Shown: piece after piece, positions 26,001-32,646 of the stretch
How the letters are laid out: each line of letters starts with the position of its first letter
How positions within the stretch are numbered: the first letter of the stretch is position 1
Source of the DNA: Alistipes sp.
GTDB lineage: Bacteria > Bacteroidota > Bacteroidia > Bacteroidales > Rikenellaceae
Direction of reading: 5' to 3'
Assembly: GCA_022511355.1 (NCBI GenBank)
Contig: JAFLRS010000001.1
Span: 1-32,646 of the forward strand
Length of the DNA: 32,646 bases
Made by a program: the position numbers and the translations under genes
Notes under the pieces: model-generated
The model's database searches: none
Seen by the model: the letters and a program-made list of their open reading frames with translations, nothing else
What the model was told of the DNA's origin: nothing

Positions 26001-26136
26001 CTCCGATAACCGGCAGACCCGTGGCATCCACCACGGTACCCTGCACGGTATAGCTACCGTTCTGCGCCGATGCGAGGGGGGGGGTAATCACGCCTAAAAG
26101 GCTAATCCCCAAGCAAATAGCAATGAATTTTCTCAT
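23083..26136 (-). CDS. susC: SusC family TonB-dependent transporter (starch/maltooligosaccharide subtype)
   Basis: 1017 aa. VVVIGYGSVKK, IRIRGAASLNASNDPLVVIDGVP, VLKDASATAIYGSRASSGVILITTKKG, NTDWQ, KWETTET.N.G.DFGFLNGRI, ENASFFRLDDINLGY, C-terminal Phe. Confidence 0.97.
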   Translation of the reverse strand: MRKFIAICLGISLLGVITPPLASAQNGSYTVQGTVVDATGLPVIGATVVEKGTANGVSTDFNGDYTLKVSNENAVVEVSYMGYKTVELVAASELLKRLTLEEDLMSLDEVVVIGYGSVKKNDMTGSVVAIKAEDVNRGAVNSPDQLLMGKVPGLLVTPATGEPGAGAQIRIRGAASLNASNDPLVVIDGVPVTGDGGSGMNPLASVNPNDIETYTVLKDASATAIYGSRASSGVILITTKKGKGKKVSVSYDSSYSVKTNASHVKVLTGSEYVDYMYGQGKYEGQGWLDAHPADREKAESLMGYNGVNYNTDWQKLIYRTAFSTDQNISVYGSALKDKLPYRVSVGANYDQGTVRGGENTRVNVGFNLSPKFLKDHLVANINVKGVWNQANWTNNATGDAFSFDPTKPANMVYDENGDPTASANPAYAWFNGYINPTHPNAGAYNPLSRIYDWHNKNVTLRSLGNIQLDYKVHGLEDLRANLNLGYDITESKNVSYNQLGSIGSFRSNNDTYGKHRNYNANTLLEFYLDYNKEFGDHHLDVMAGYSWQHNYVKYRSLYWKNDDRSQWASASETPQSRWAHPKEYYLVSFFGRVNYSLASKYLFTVTIREDATSRFSKNNRWGFFPSAAFAWNMAQEDFLNNVDFLSALKLRLGWGRTGQQDIGDEFYPHIATYYQATDPRGQYLGGDATLAPQPYNTNIKWETTETYNAGFDFGFLNGRINGSVDYYFRRTFDLLSYVDVPTGSNFTDRIMSNIGTMHNQGVEVALNFVPVETKDWNWTISLNGTWQQTRIADLNGSRVNIGSQLAGTGSAFSGVHMEGYEPYTFNMFQQAYDSKGKPIQNTFIDRNGDGRITDDDKYITGKSATPDFFFGIGTQLTWKNWDFGFNGHGTLGNYAINSLALGSSTTYMGSIAYDHLTNFNEYHFRTGFTKQNSTEQNYSDMFIENASFFRLDDINLGYTFHNLNKSGVNMRLAASVQNVFIITKFSGLDPEVNSWDGVVGTIVPRPRLYTLRVNINF
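26076..26084 (-). repeat. C9 homopolymer (G9 on the plus strand) in the susC2 signal-peptide coding region (in frame)
   Basis: Coding strand ACC CCC CCC CTC (T-P-P-L) at codons 18-21. Confidence 0.9.
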
Positions 26137-26198
26137 AGATTTTTAAGTGTTGGTTAATTAAATTGGTTTGGTTTTGTTTCTGTTGTTTTCAGCAGGTT

Positions 26199-27509
26199 CT
26201 ATTTTCTCTCCTTAACGAATGCCACCGACACCGCAGCCAGCATCATGAATACTCCGGCCAGCAGCAGCATCCACATCGGACGGCCGCCGAACAGATATTC
26301 GACAATCACGCCGCCCAGGAGTCCGACGACAATCTGCGGAATGGTAATCGTGAAGTTGAAGATTCCCATATATACGCCCATTCGTCTCGCCTCGACCGCG
26401 AGAGAGAGAATGGAGTAAGGCATGGCCAGAATGCCTGCCCATGCGATGCCTATGCCCACCATCGGGAGCATCAGCAGATACTGGTCGGAAATCGAGGCCA
26501 GACCGAAAAATCCGGCCGCACCGAAGAGCAGACAGATGGCATAGACCGTTTTGTTGCCCCATTTGGCCGCGATTCCGCCGAGGAAGAGCGAAGCTATGCA
26601 GGCCGGCACGGGATAGGTTCCGTTCAGCACGCCGACCCACGTCTGAGTCTGGCCGTCGGTGAGCAGCAGGCCCGTATCGTGAGCCGTAACCACGCCCGTA
26701 ATCGCCGGTTTCAGATAGGTCCACATCAGGAACAGGGCCGCCCACGAAAAGAACTGAACCACGCCCAACTGAAGCATCACGCGCGGAATGTTGCGCATAA
26801 GTTCGGCGAACGAGGGTTTTTCGTACTTCGCGGCGTCGGCATTATCTTCGCCGTTGTAGAGCATAAACTGTTCGGGGGGATACTCTTTCGTGCGGAACGA
26901 TGTCACCAGCACCGTCAGCAGAAGTATCGCGCCTCCTATATAATATGAGCAGGCGATATGCGGCGATACGCTGCCTTCGGGAGCCGAGTCGGCCACTCCG
27001 CATTTGGTGAGGATAAGGGGCAGAACCGCTCCGATTACCGCTCCGAGGTTGATGAGGAATGTCTGTACGACATAGCCTTTGGTCTTCTGACTGTCGTCGA
27101 GCATATCGGCCACCAGCGCGCGGAACGGCTGCATGGTGACGTTGAACGACAAATCCATAAAGAGCAGAATGAAAGCGCCCATGGCCAGCGGAGCGAATGC
27201 CAGCAGCAGAGGTGCATTCGGCATGAGAGCCAGAGCCAGAGCCGAAATCACGGCTCCGCCGAGAATGAACGGAATGCGTCGTCCGAAGCGGGTCCACGTT
27301 CCGTCGGAGAAGAGTCCCACTATCGGCTGCACCACCAGTCCGGCTACGGGAGCCGCAAGCCAAAAGTAGCTCAACTGATGCAGGTCGGCACCCAGCGACT
27401 CGAAAATGGTCGAGGTGTTGGAGTTCTGAAGCGAATATCCTATCTGCACTCCGAGAAATCCGAAACTGAGATTCCATATCTGCCGAAATGACAATTCAGG
27501 TTTTTTCAT
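26199..27509 (-). CDS. MFS maltose/sucrose:H+ symporter family (GPH/SLC45-like) inner-membrane transporter
   Basis: MKKPELSFRQIWNLSFGFLGVQ, AGLVVQPIVG..SD.TWTRFGRRIPFI, MQPFRALVAD, VQFFSW, MGVYMGIFNF. ATG 27509 preferred over TTG 27518. Confidence 0.92.
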   Translation of the reverse strand: MKKPELSFRQIWNLSFGFLGVQIGYSLQNSNTSTIFESLGADLHQLSYFWLAAPVAGLVVQPIVGLFSDGTWTRFGRRIPFILGGAVISALALALMPNAPLLLAFAPLAMGAFILLFMDLSFNVTMQPFRALVADMLDDSQKTKGYVVQTFLINLGAVIGAVLPLILTKCGVADSAPEGSVSPHIACSYYIGGAILLLTVLVTSFRTKEYPPEQFMLYNGEDNADAAKYEKPSFAELMRNIPRVMLQLGVVQFFSWAALFLMWTYLKPAITGVVTAHDTGLLLTDGQTQTWVGVLNGTYPVPACIASLFLGGIAAKWGNKTVYAICLLFGAAGFFGLASISDQYLLMLPMVGIGIAWAGILAMPYSILSLAVEARRMGVYMGIFNFTITIPQIVVGLLGGVIVEYLFGGRPMWMLLLAGVFMMLAAVSVAFVKERK

Positions 27510-27546
27510 ATTTTTCAATAATTCAATTTTAAGCGCATAGTTTTAG

Positions 27547-27578
27547 CAAAACTAATATAGATTCGGCATCCCGACAAT
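27547..27578 (-). promoter_or_regulatory. Promoter of the alpha-glucan PUL
   Basis: On the minus strand: ATTG (27578-27575, one mismatch to TTTG), 20 nt, TAGTTTTG (27554-27547). Confidence 0.7.
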
Positions 27579-27586
27579 CGAATTGC

Positions 27587-27659
27587 GACGAATTGCAGAT
27601 TTCGTATGACGAACTGACGATTCGAATGGATGAAATGCAGCAGACCGCCGCCGAATTTA
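27587..27659 (-). promoter_or_regulatory. LytTR-type direct-repeat operator array (4 copies, 21-bp period)
   Basis: Plus-strand GACGAATTGC (27587), GACGAACTGA (27608), GATGAAATGC (27629), GCCGAATTTA (27650). Minus-strand copy TCAGTTCGT fits the LytTR consensus [TA][AC][CA]GTTN[AG][TG]. Confidence 0.75.
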
Positions 27660-27780
27660 TCTGTCGAAACCGCTTGCCGCACATTGCCGCGGCATCGGAG
27701 GCGCGACGCCGTTCCGACGCTTCGGCCGACACCCTCCGACAGATAATAAAATTTTTGAAATATCTCTTTATCCGACGCGA

Positions 27781-27812
27781 TTTGTTTTTTAATGAAAAAT
27801 ACACTACTTTTG
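27781..27812 (+). promoter_or_regulatory. Primary-sigma promoter of the lytS/lytTR operon
   Basis: TTTG (27781-27784), 20 nt, TACTTTTG (27805-27812). 20 nt upstream of ATG 27833. Confidence 0.8.
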
Positions 27813-27832
27813 ATACGCAAGCAACCGACAAC

Positions 27833-29260
27833 ATGAAACGCAGAGCCAACAACGACAGTCAGAGACGAATCGACATCCATACGGGGTTCATCATTCACAT
27901 CTTCGCCGCAGCGCACGCAGCTACGGCCGTCGTGTCGCGTCTGCTCGACTACAACGACGACATTCCGCTCACCATACTCACGGTCTCGATGCTGCTGCTC
28001 ATTGCCGTGCGGCGGCAAATGTCGCTCGTCTTCACCGCCGTAACCACGCTCGTGGTCACGCTCGTCGGTTATCTCTTCGGCGTGTGGTGCGGACAGCAGC
28101 TCGACCTGCTGCTCGGCTCTCCGCTCACCGCTTCGGCAGTCACCACCTTCCTCCTCACCGAACTCTTCGGCTGGAGTACCTATCTGCTCACCCGATTCAA
28201 AACCGTACACCGGCCCAAACACGACAACCACACCGCACTCACACGGCAGATAGTATTCGCGGCACTTATCATAATGGCGGTGCGAATACCCTACTCGATT
28301 ATCTTCCGTTCGGCCTATTTCGTGCTTCACGGCGGCATATATGCTCAGTTCGCACAGCTCTACTCCAACACATTCGCCACCCTCACCATGCTGTCGTTCA
28401 TCGCCATCCTCATCTCGATACCCATACGCACGCAACAGCACCCCAAATGGCGGAACCGTGTCGCGATAATGCTGCTGACAGCGGCAATCTTCATCTTTCC
28501 GCTGCTGCCGGCCGTCATCGCCTACTACGACTTCCCGATGCTCGATCATGCAGGCATTCGCACCCCCTTCGACCGCTATGCATTCGCCGGACTATATGCC
28601 GTGGCTCTGCTTACGGCCGTAATAGCCGTGCCGGCCGTAATCCTGATACGCTACGCCGCAATGCAGCAGCGCACAATAAAAACCGAACGCAGCAAAAAAC
28701 TCTCGGAACAGTACAAGTACGCCAAACTCAAACAGCAGATAAGCCCCCATTTCCTGTTCAATTCGCTCAACATTCTCGATTCGCTGGTTCAGAGCGGCGA
28801 GAACGAACGGGCCGGAATCTACATCCGCAAACTGGCAGCACTCTACCGCTACATCCTCAAAAACGAAGAGGAACAGCTCGTGACTCTCGGCGAAGAGCTG
28901 GATTTCACCGATATGTATATAGATTTGCTCAAGGTGCGCTTCGCCGACGGTCTGATTATCGACAACCGCATTCCGGCCGAAGCACGCAAACGGCACATAG
29001 TCCCCTGCGGATTGCAGATGCTGATAGAAAACGCCATCAAACACAACATCGTGGGCGCCGAATCGCCGCTCCATGTCACCGTGACGGTCGAAAACGAATT
29101 CATAGCCGTGGCCAACAACCTCCAGCCCAGAATAAGCACCCAGCCCTCGACGCGTCTGAGTCTGAAAAACCTCAGCCGTCAGTACGACAACATAGCCGGT
29201 ACGGGAATCGAAGTTCTGCAATCCGCATCGCAATTCATCGTCAGACTGCCGCTGCTCTGA
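27833..29260 (+). CDS. LytS/YehU-family membrane sensor histidine kinase
   Basis: Start reassigned to ATG 27833, downstream of the promoter. Many hydrophobic segments, then LKQQISPHFLFNSLN (H-box), VTLGEEL, RF, LQMLIENAIKH (N-box). Confidence 0.9.
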   Translation: MKRRANNDSQRRIDIHTGFIIHIFAAAHAATAVVSRLLDYNDDIPLTILTVSMLLLIAVRRQMSLVFTAVTTLVVTLVGYLFGVWCGQQLDLLLGSPLTASAVTTFLLTELFGWSTYLLTRFKTVHRPKHDNHTALTRQIVFAALIIMAVRIPYSIIFRSAYFVLHGGIYAQFAQLYSNTFATLTMLSFIAILISIPIRTQQHPKWRNRVAIMLLTAAIFIFPLLPAVIAYYDFPMLDHAGIRTPFDRYAFAGLYAVALLTAVIAVPAVILIRYAAMQQRTIKTERSKKLSEQYKYAKLKQQISPHFLFNSLNILDSLVQSGENERAGIYIRKLAALYRYILKNEEEQLVTLGEELDFTDMYIDLLKVRFADGLIIDNRIPAEARKRHIVPCGLQMLIENAIKHNIVGAESPLHVTVTVENEFIAVANNLQPRISTQPSTRLSLKNLSRQYDNIAGTGIEVLQSASQFIVRLPLL

Positions 29261-29294
29261 CACTTACCTCACCTCCAATCAAAAAGCCAAACTT

Positions 29295-30062
29295 ATGAAA
29301 GCACTTATTATCGAAGATGAAGTATTGTCGCGCAACAATCTGGTAAATGCCATAGAACGGATGTTCGACGATATAGAGATAGCCGGTTCGCAGGAGTCGG
29401 TGAAGGGAAGCGTCGAATTTCTGAAACGCTGCGGCAGCGACATCGACGTTATATTCATGGATGTGGAGTTGTCCGACGGAATGTGTTTCGACATCTTCGA
29501 CCAGACCGAAATCACGGCCAAAGTCATCATAACCACCGCCTACGACAACTATGCGATAAAGGCGTTCGAGATAAACAGCATCGACTACATACTCAAACCC
29601 ATCGACCCCGAAGCATTGCGGCGCGCCGTAGAGCGATGCCGCCGTGCGCTGCGGGAGAACAGACCGCATACGGGTTTCGACGCGGAATCGCTGCGCGAGG
29701 CGCTCTCCGCAGGCCGCAGCCGAAAACATCGGTTCGTGATACACATCGGCGACCGCATTACGATTGTAAATACGTCGGACATCGCCTGCATATATGCCGA
29801 GGACAAATGCACCTACATTCTGACCGCCGCCGGGAAACGATACATTATCGACCAGACTCTCAACGGATTGCAGGATGATTTGGACCCGTCCCGATTTTTC
29901 CGCATTTCGCGCAGCTGCATCGTGGCGGTAGATTCCATTGTTTCGATTTCGCGCACTTCGAGCGGCAAGATGCTGCTTACGTTGCAGCCCAAACCCGATT
30001 TCGAAGTGGCCGTAAGCAGATTCCGCACCGGAGAGTTTCTGGACTGGCTCGAAGGCAAATAA
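29295..30062 (+). CDS. LytR/AlgR family response regulator (REC + LytTR)
   Basis: 255 aa. IIEDE, IFMDVEL, ITTAYDNYAIKAF, DYILKP, LDPSRFFRISRSCIV, VSR. Confidence 0.95.
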   Translation: MKALIIEDEVLSRNNLVNAIERMFDDIEIAGSQESVKGSVEFLKRCGSDIDVIFMDVELSDGMCFDIFDQTEITAKVIITTAYDNYAIKAFEINSIDYILKPIDPEALRRAVERCRRALRENRPHTGFDAESLREALSAGRSRKHRFVIHIGDRITIVNTSDIACIYAEDKCTYILTAAGKRYIIDQTLNGLQDDLDPSRFFRISRSCIVAVDSIVSISRTSSGKMLLTLQPKPDFEVAVSRFRTGEFLDWLEGK

Positions 30063-30101
30063 CCGGTGCCTGATTTTATCGGGAGATGTTTGCTGTTGAA
30101 A

Positions 30102-30647
30102 TCAGGGCTGCCACAAACGCTCCGCGACGCCGTAATGCTCCGCGAGGCGGCGGCCCAAAAGATAAAAGTAGTCCGACAGACGGTTCAGCCACACCAAAGC
30201 CGTCTTATCGACTCCGTATTCGGCATCGGCACGCAATGCCGCCCGTTCGGCCCTGCGGCATACGGTCCGGCAGACATGACACAACGACAACTCCCTGCGG
30301 CCTCCCGGAATCGTAAATTTCACTATGGGCGAAACTTCGCTCTGCATGGCATCTATGCGGCTCTCCAAAAACGACACCTCATCCTCGCCCAACGGCGGAA
30401 CACTGCCTCCGTCACCCGCAGCCAGCAACGCCGAAACACTCATCAGGCGCGACTCCAACCGCTCCAACTCCGCAACCGTCGCAGCCAACGACGCATCGCC
30501 GCGCAACTCATCGCACAGCAACGCCGTAAAGGCCGTCAGTTCGTCCGTCGAGCCGTAAGCCTCGACACGTTCGTCATACTTCGACACGCGTTCGCCTCCT
30601 ATCAAGGACGTCGTGCCGTCATCACCGGTTTTTGTGTAAACTTTCAT
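30102..30647 (-). CDS. pduO: PduO-type ATP:cob(I)alamin adenosyltransferase
   Basis: MKVYTKTGDDGTTSL.GG.RV.K...RVEAYG..DEL, F.IPGG, HVCRTVCRRAER, LNRLSDY. Confidence 0.95.
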   Translation of the reverse strand: MKVYTKTGDDGTTSLIGGERVSKYDERVEAYGSTDELTAFTALLCDELRGDASLAATVAELERLESRLMSVSALLAAGDGGSVPPLGEDEVSFLESRIDAMQSEVSPIVKFTIPGGRRELSLCHVCRTVCRRAERAALRADAEYGVDKTALVWLNRLSDYFYLLGRRLAEHYGVAERLWQP

Positions 30648-31159
30648 AATCTGAAGTGCTGTTTGGGCAAATGGTTGTTGAAAATCAGCAGATAAGCTCT
30701 GTTATCCACCGTCGTGCAGGTGTGGGCGGCCACAATCTCGCGACAAGCCGCTTCACGTTCGCGGTTTTTGTATGGAGCGATTACCGCCAGCGTCGCTCCG
30801 CGTTTGCGTGCTGCCTCGGCGAAAGCCGCTATACGTGCCGGCTCCACATTCGCGCTCACGCACATGAAACTGCAATCCGACTCCGCATCGTCGATGCTGC
30901 GGCTCGAATATCCGCAGTGAACGCACAGATTATGCAGCTGTACGGCACGCTTCTCCGAGACCCCGCGTGCGATGAGAGCCTCGATGAACGAACGGTCGTC
31001 CGACATGGGTTTGCTGCGCATGAATACCTGACGCACAAGCGAATAGACGAACGGCGAATGGACGTTGTGACCTCGGAAATAACGGGCGCGGGACATACGG
31101 TCGCGCAGTTTCGACACTCCGTAAAGACGACGTTTGATATTTCGGCCCGTGATTTTCAT
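30644..31159 (-). CDS. Hypothetical protein with a GH.VHSPFVY N-terminal motif
   Basis: 171 aa. Abuts the upstream gene and overlaps the pduO start by 4 nt. The motif is reminiscent of Bacteroidota methyltransferase-like proteins. Confidence 0.7.
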   Translation of the reverse strand: MKITGRNIKRRLYGVSKLRDRMSRARYFRGHNVHSPFVYSLVRQVFMRSKPMSDDRSFIEALIARGVSEKRAVQLHNLCVHCGYSSRSIDDAESDCSFMCVSANVEPARIAAFAEAARKRGATLAVIAPYKNREREAACREIVAAHTCTTVDNRAYLLIFNNHLPKQHFRL

Positions 31160-32437
31160 CTATCGTTTCAGCTGACCGGCAAGCCATCCCGTCGAGAAGG
31201 CGGTTTGCAGATTGTAACCTCCGGTATCGGCGTCGATATCGAGTACCTCGCCGGCAAAATAGAGCCCCTTGACCTTCAGCGACTGCATGGTGCGGGGGTC
31301 CACCTCGCTGCAGCTGACACCGCCGGCCGTCACTATCGCATACTCGAACGGAGCATAGTCGGCAATGGGCAGCACGAAACCTTTCAGCACCTTTATAAGC
31401 CGTTCGGTTTCGCGTTCGGTGAGTTTCGAGATGTAGAGTTTCGAATGCACATCCAACTCCTTCGCCATAGGCACCACCAACTGTTTGGGCACCAGACGCC
31501 GCAGCAGGTCGCCGAAGAGTTCCGTCGGTTCCGATTCGGCGATTTCGCGCGCTATGCGGTCGCGCAGAGTCTGTTCGTCGAGAGCGGGTTTGAGGTCGAG
31601 AACAATCTTCACCTTGCGTTCGTCGATAATGGCATCCACGGCATCGCGGCTGAAGCGCAGAGCCACGGCACCTTCGACTCCGCGTTCCGAGAATCCTATT
31701 TCGCCGAACTCCTCACGCACGAGTTCGTTGTCCACGAACAGACGCGCTCCCACATTCCGCAGCAGCAGACCGTTGAGATATTCGCGCTGCGGATGCGAGG
31801 TCACGAGCGGAGTCAGCGACGGACGCACCGACTCTATCGTGTGACCGAGGGCATCGGCGAAGCGGTAACCGTCGCCCGTGGAGCCGGTAGCGGGATACGA
31901 CACTCCGCCCGTGGCTATTATCACGTTCGGAGCCTCTACCCTGCGTTCGAATCCGCGTTTGTTGCGGTATGCCACGCCGTAGACCTTGTTGTTAATCGTG
32001 AGTATGTCGGTAACGCGGGCGTTGCATTCGATTGTCACGCCGTTGTCGCGGCAGAAGAACTCCAAAGCATCGGCAATCTCGCCCGAACGGCCGCTCTTGG
32101 GGAATACACGGTCGCCGCGTTCGGTGACCAGTTTCACCTTGCGTCGTTCGAAGAAGCGCATGGCGGCCATATTGTTGAAGCCGTTGAATGCCTCCGAAAG
32201 AAATTCGGCATTGGCACGCACCTTCTGAAGAAACTCTTCGGGAGGTCGTGCATTCGTAAGGTTGCAGCGTCCCTTGCCCGTAATCCGCACTTTGCGGGCC
32301 GGTTTCTCCATCTTTTCGAGCAGCAGTACGCGCATTCCGTTATTTGCGGCCGCACCCGCAGCCATCAATCCCGCGGCACCTGCACCGACCACCGCCACAT
32401 CATAATCTCTGCTCTCCATAACAAGCCTTTTTTCCAT
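31160..32437 (-). CDS. HI0933/BaiN/YhiN family FAD-dependent oxidoreductase
   Basis: VVGAGAAGLMAA, K..ITGKGRCNLTN, GDRVFP, IIATGGVSYPATGSTGDGY, VTAGGV, TMQS...GLYFAGEVLD.DADTGGYNLQ.AFSTG. Alternative start 32419. Confidence 0.95.
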   Translation of the reverse strand: MEKRLVMESRDYDVAVVGAGAAGLMAAGAAANNGMRVLLLEKMEKPARKVRITGKGRCNLTNARPPEEFLQKVRANAEFLSEAFNGFNNMAAMRFFERRKVKLVTERGDRVFPKSGRSGEIADALEFFCRDNGVTIECNARVTDILTINNKVYGVAYRNKRGFERRVEAPNVIIATGGVSYPATGSTGDGYRFADALGHTIESVRPSLTPLVTSHPQREYLNGLLLRNVGARLFVDNELVREEFGEIGFSERGVEGAVALRFSRDAVDAIIDERKVKIVLDLKPALDEQTLRDRIAREIAESEPTELFGDLLRRLVPKQLVVPMAKELDVHSKLYISKLTERETERLIKVLKGFVLPIADYAPFEYAIVTAGGVSCSEVDPRTMQSLKVKGLYFAGEVLDIDADTGGYNLQTAFSTGWLAGQLKR

Positions 32438-32464
32438 TCGGTCAAACTCCGGATTTCGACGACA

Positions 32465-32492
32465 GAGCCGCTCCCCGTGCAGGGAGCGGCTC
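32465..32492 (-). terminator. 11-bp stem-loop after rpsU (no clear U-tract; weak terminator or stabiliser)
   Basis: GAGCCGCTCCC (32465-32475) / GGGAGCGGCTC (32482-32492). Confidence 0.55.
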
Positions 32493-32514
32493 CTATATCG
32501 CAGCTACACCTCTG

Positions 32515-32646
32515 CTACTCTTCGTTGCGATAGGTGTGCTCAACGTAGATGGCACGCATCAGCTTCTCGCGCTTCTCGATAGAAGGCTTCGTGAAATACT
32601 GACGGCGGCGAAGCTCCTTCAGAACTCCGGTGCGCTCATACTTGCG
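32515..32646 (-). CDS. rpsU: 30S ribosomal protein S21, 3' part (truncated by window edge)
   Basis: Own translation: RKYERTGVLKELRRRQYFTKPSIEKREKLMRAIYVEHTYRNEE*. Not in the ORF track. Confidence 0.93.
   Translation of the reverse strand, partial: RKYERTGVLKELRRRQYFTKPSIEKREKLMRAIYVEHTYRNEE

Noticed and set aside
23254-26097. 947-aa plus-strand ORF, and similar long ORFs at 7810-10167, 10243-12114, 13165-15375, 21345-23051, 3718-5646 and 30656-32533
   Set aside because: These are antisense shadows of well-supported genes, expected from GC-rich codon bias. They show no recognisable motifs or expression signals.
27587-27659. Periodic repeats as a mini-CRISPR array
   Set aside because: The repeats are 10 bp and degenerate with 11-bp spacers, and no cas genes are present. 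They fit a LytTR operator better.
30063-30101. Terminator between the convergent lytTR and pduO genes
   Set aside because: Only a weak 6-bp stem (CCTGAT/ATCGGG) without a convincing U-tract.
1-32646. Mobile elements, tRNA/rRNA genes, or a cobalamin riboswitch near pduO
   Set aside because: I saw no transposase or integrase motifs and no tRNA/rRNA signatures. There is no intergenic space upstream of pduO for a riboswitch.

Overview
This is a chromosomal segment from a Bacteroidota genome. The Alistipes/Rikenellaceae-like assignment is an inference from gene content and GC-rich codon usage. The window runs from the 3' end of rpmE2 (L31 type B) to the 3' end of rpsU. It holds an orphan susC/susD pair, a DUF3127 SSB-like gene and an M64 peptidase. 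Next comes a ~20 kb minus-strand alpha-glucan (starch/maltodextrin) PUL: MFS transporter, susC, susD, two SusE/F-type lipoproteins, a SusG homologue, a divergent GH53-like lipoprotein, two further GH13 lipoproteins, a SusA-like GH13 and a GH77. A LytS/LytTR two-component system lies divergent to the PUL, followed by pduO, a hypothetical gene and an HI0933-family flavoprotein. Four observations stand out. (1) The SusG homologue appears to be a natural circular permutant, with GH13 motif order II-III-IV-I. It is cut inside its CBM58, so the lipid anchor now tethers the CBM rather than the catalytic barrel. (2) Both susC genes carry a 9-nt G/C homopolymer at almost the same position in the signal-peptide coding region, suggesting slipped-strand phase variation. 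(3) The PUL promoter has a 21-bp-period LytTR-type direct-repeat array, implying control by a classical LytS/LytTR system instead of SusR, HTCS or ECF. (4) A GH53-fold enzyme with a rewritten substrate motif is translationally coupled to the permuted amylase. All comparisons to B. thetaiotaomicron proteins are from memory and need alignment to confirm.
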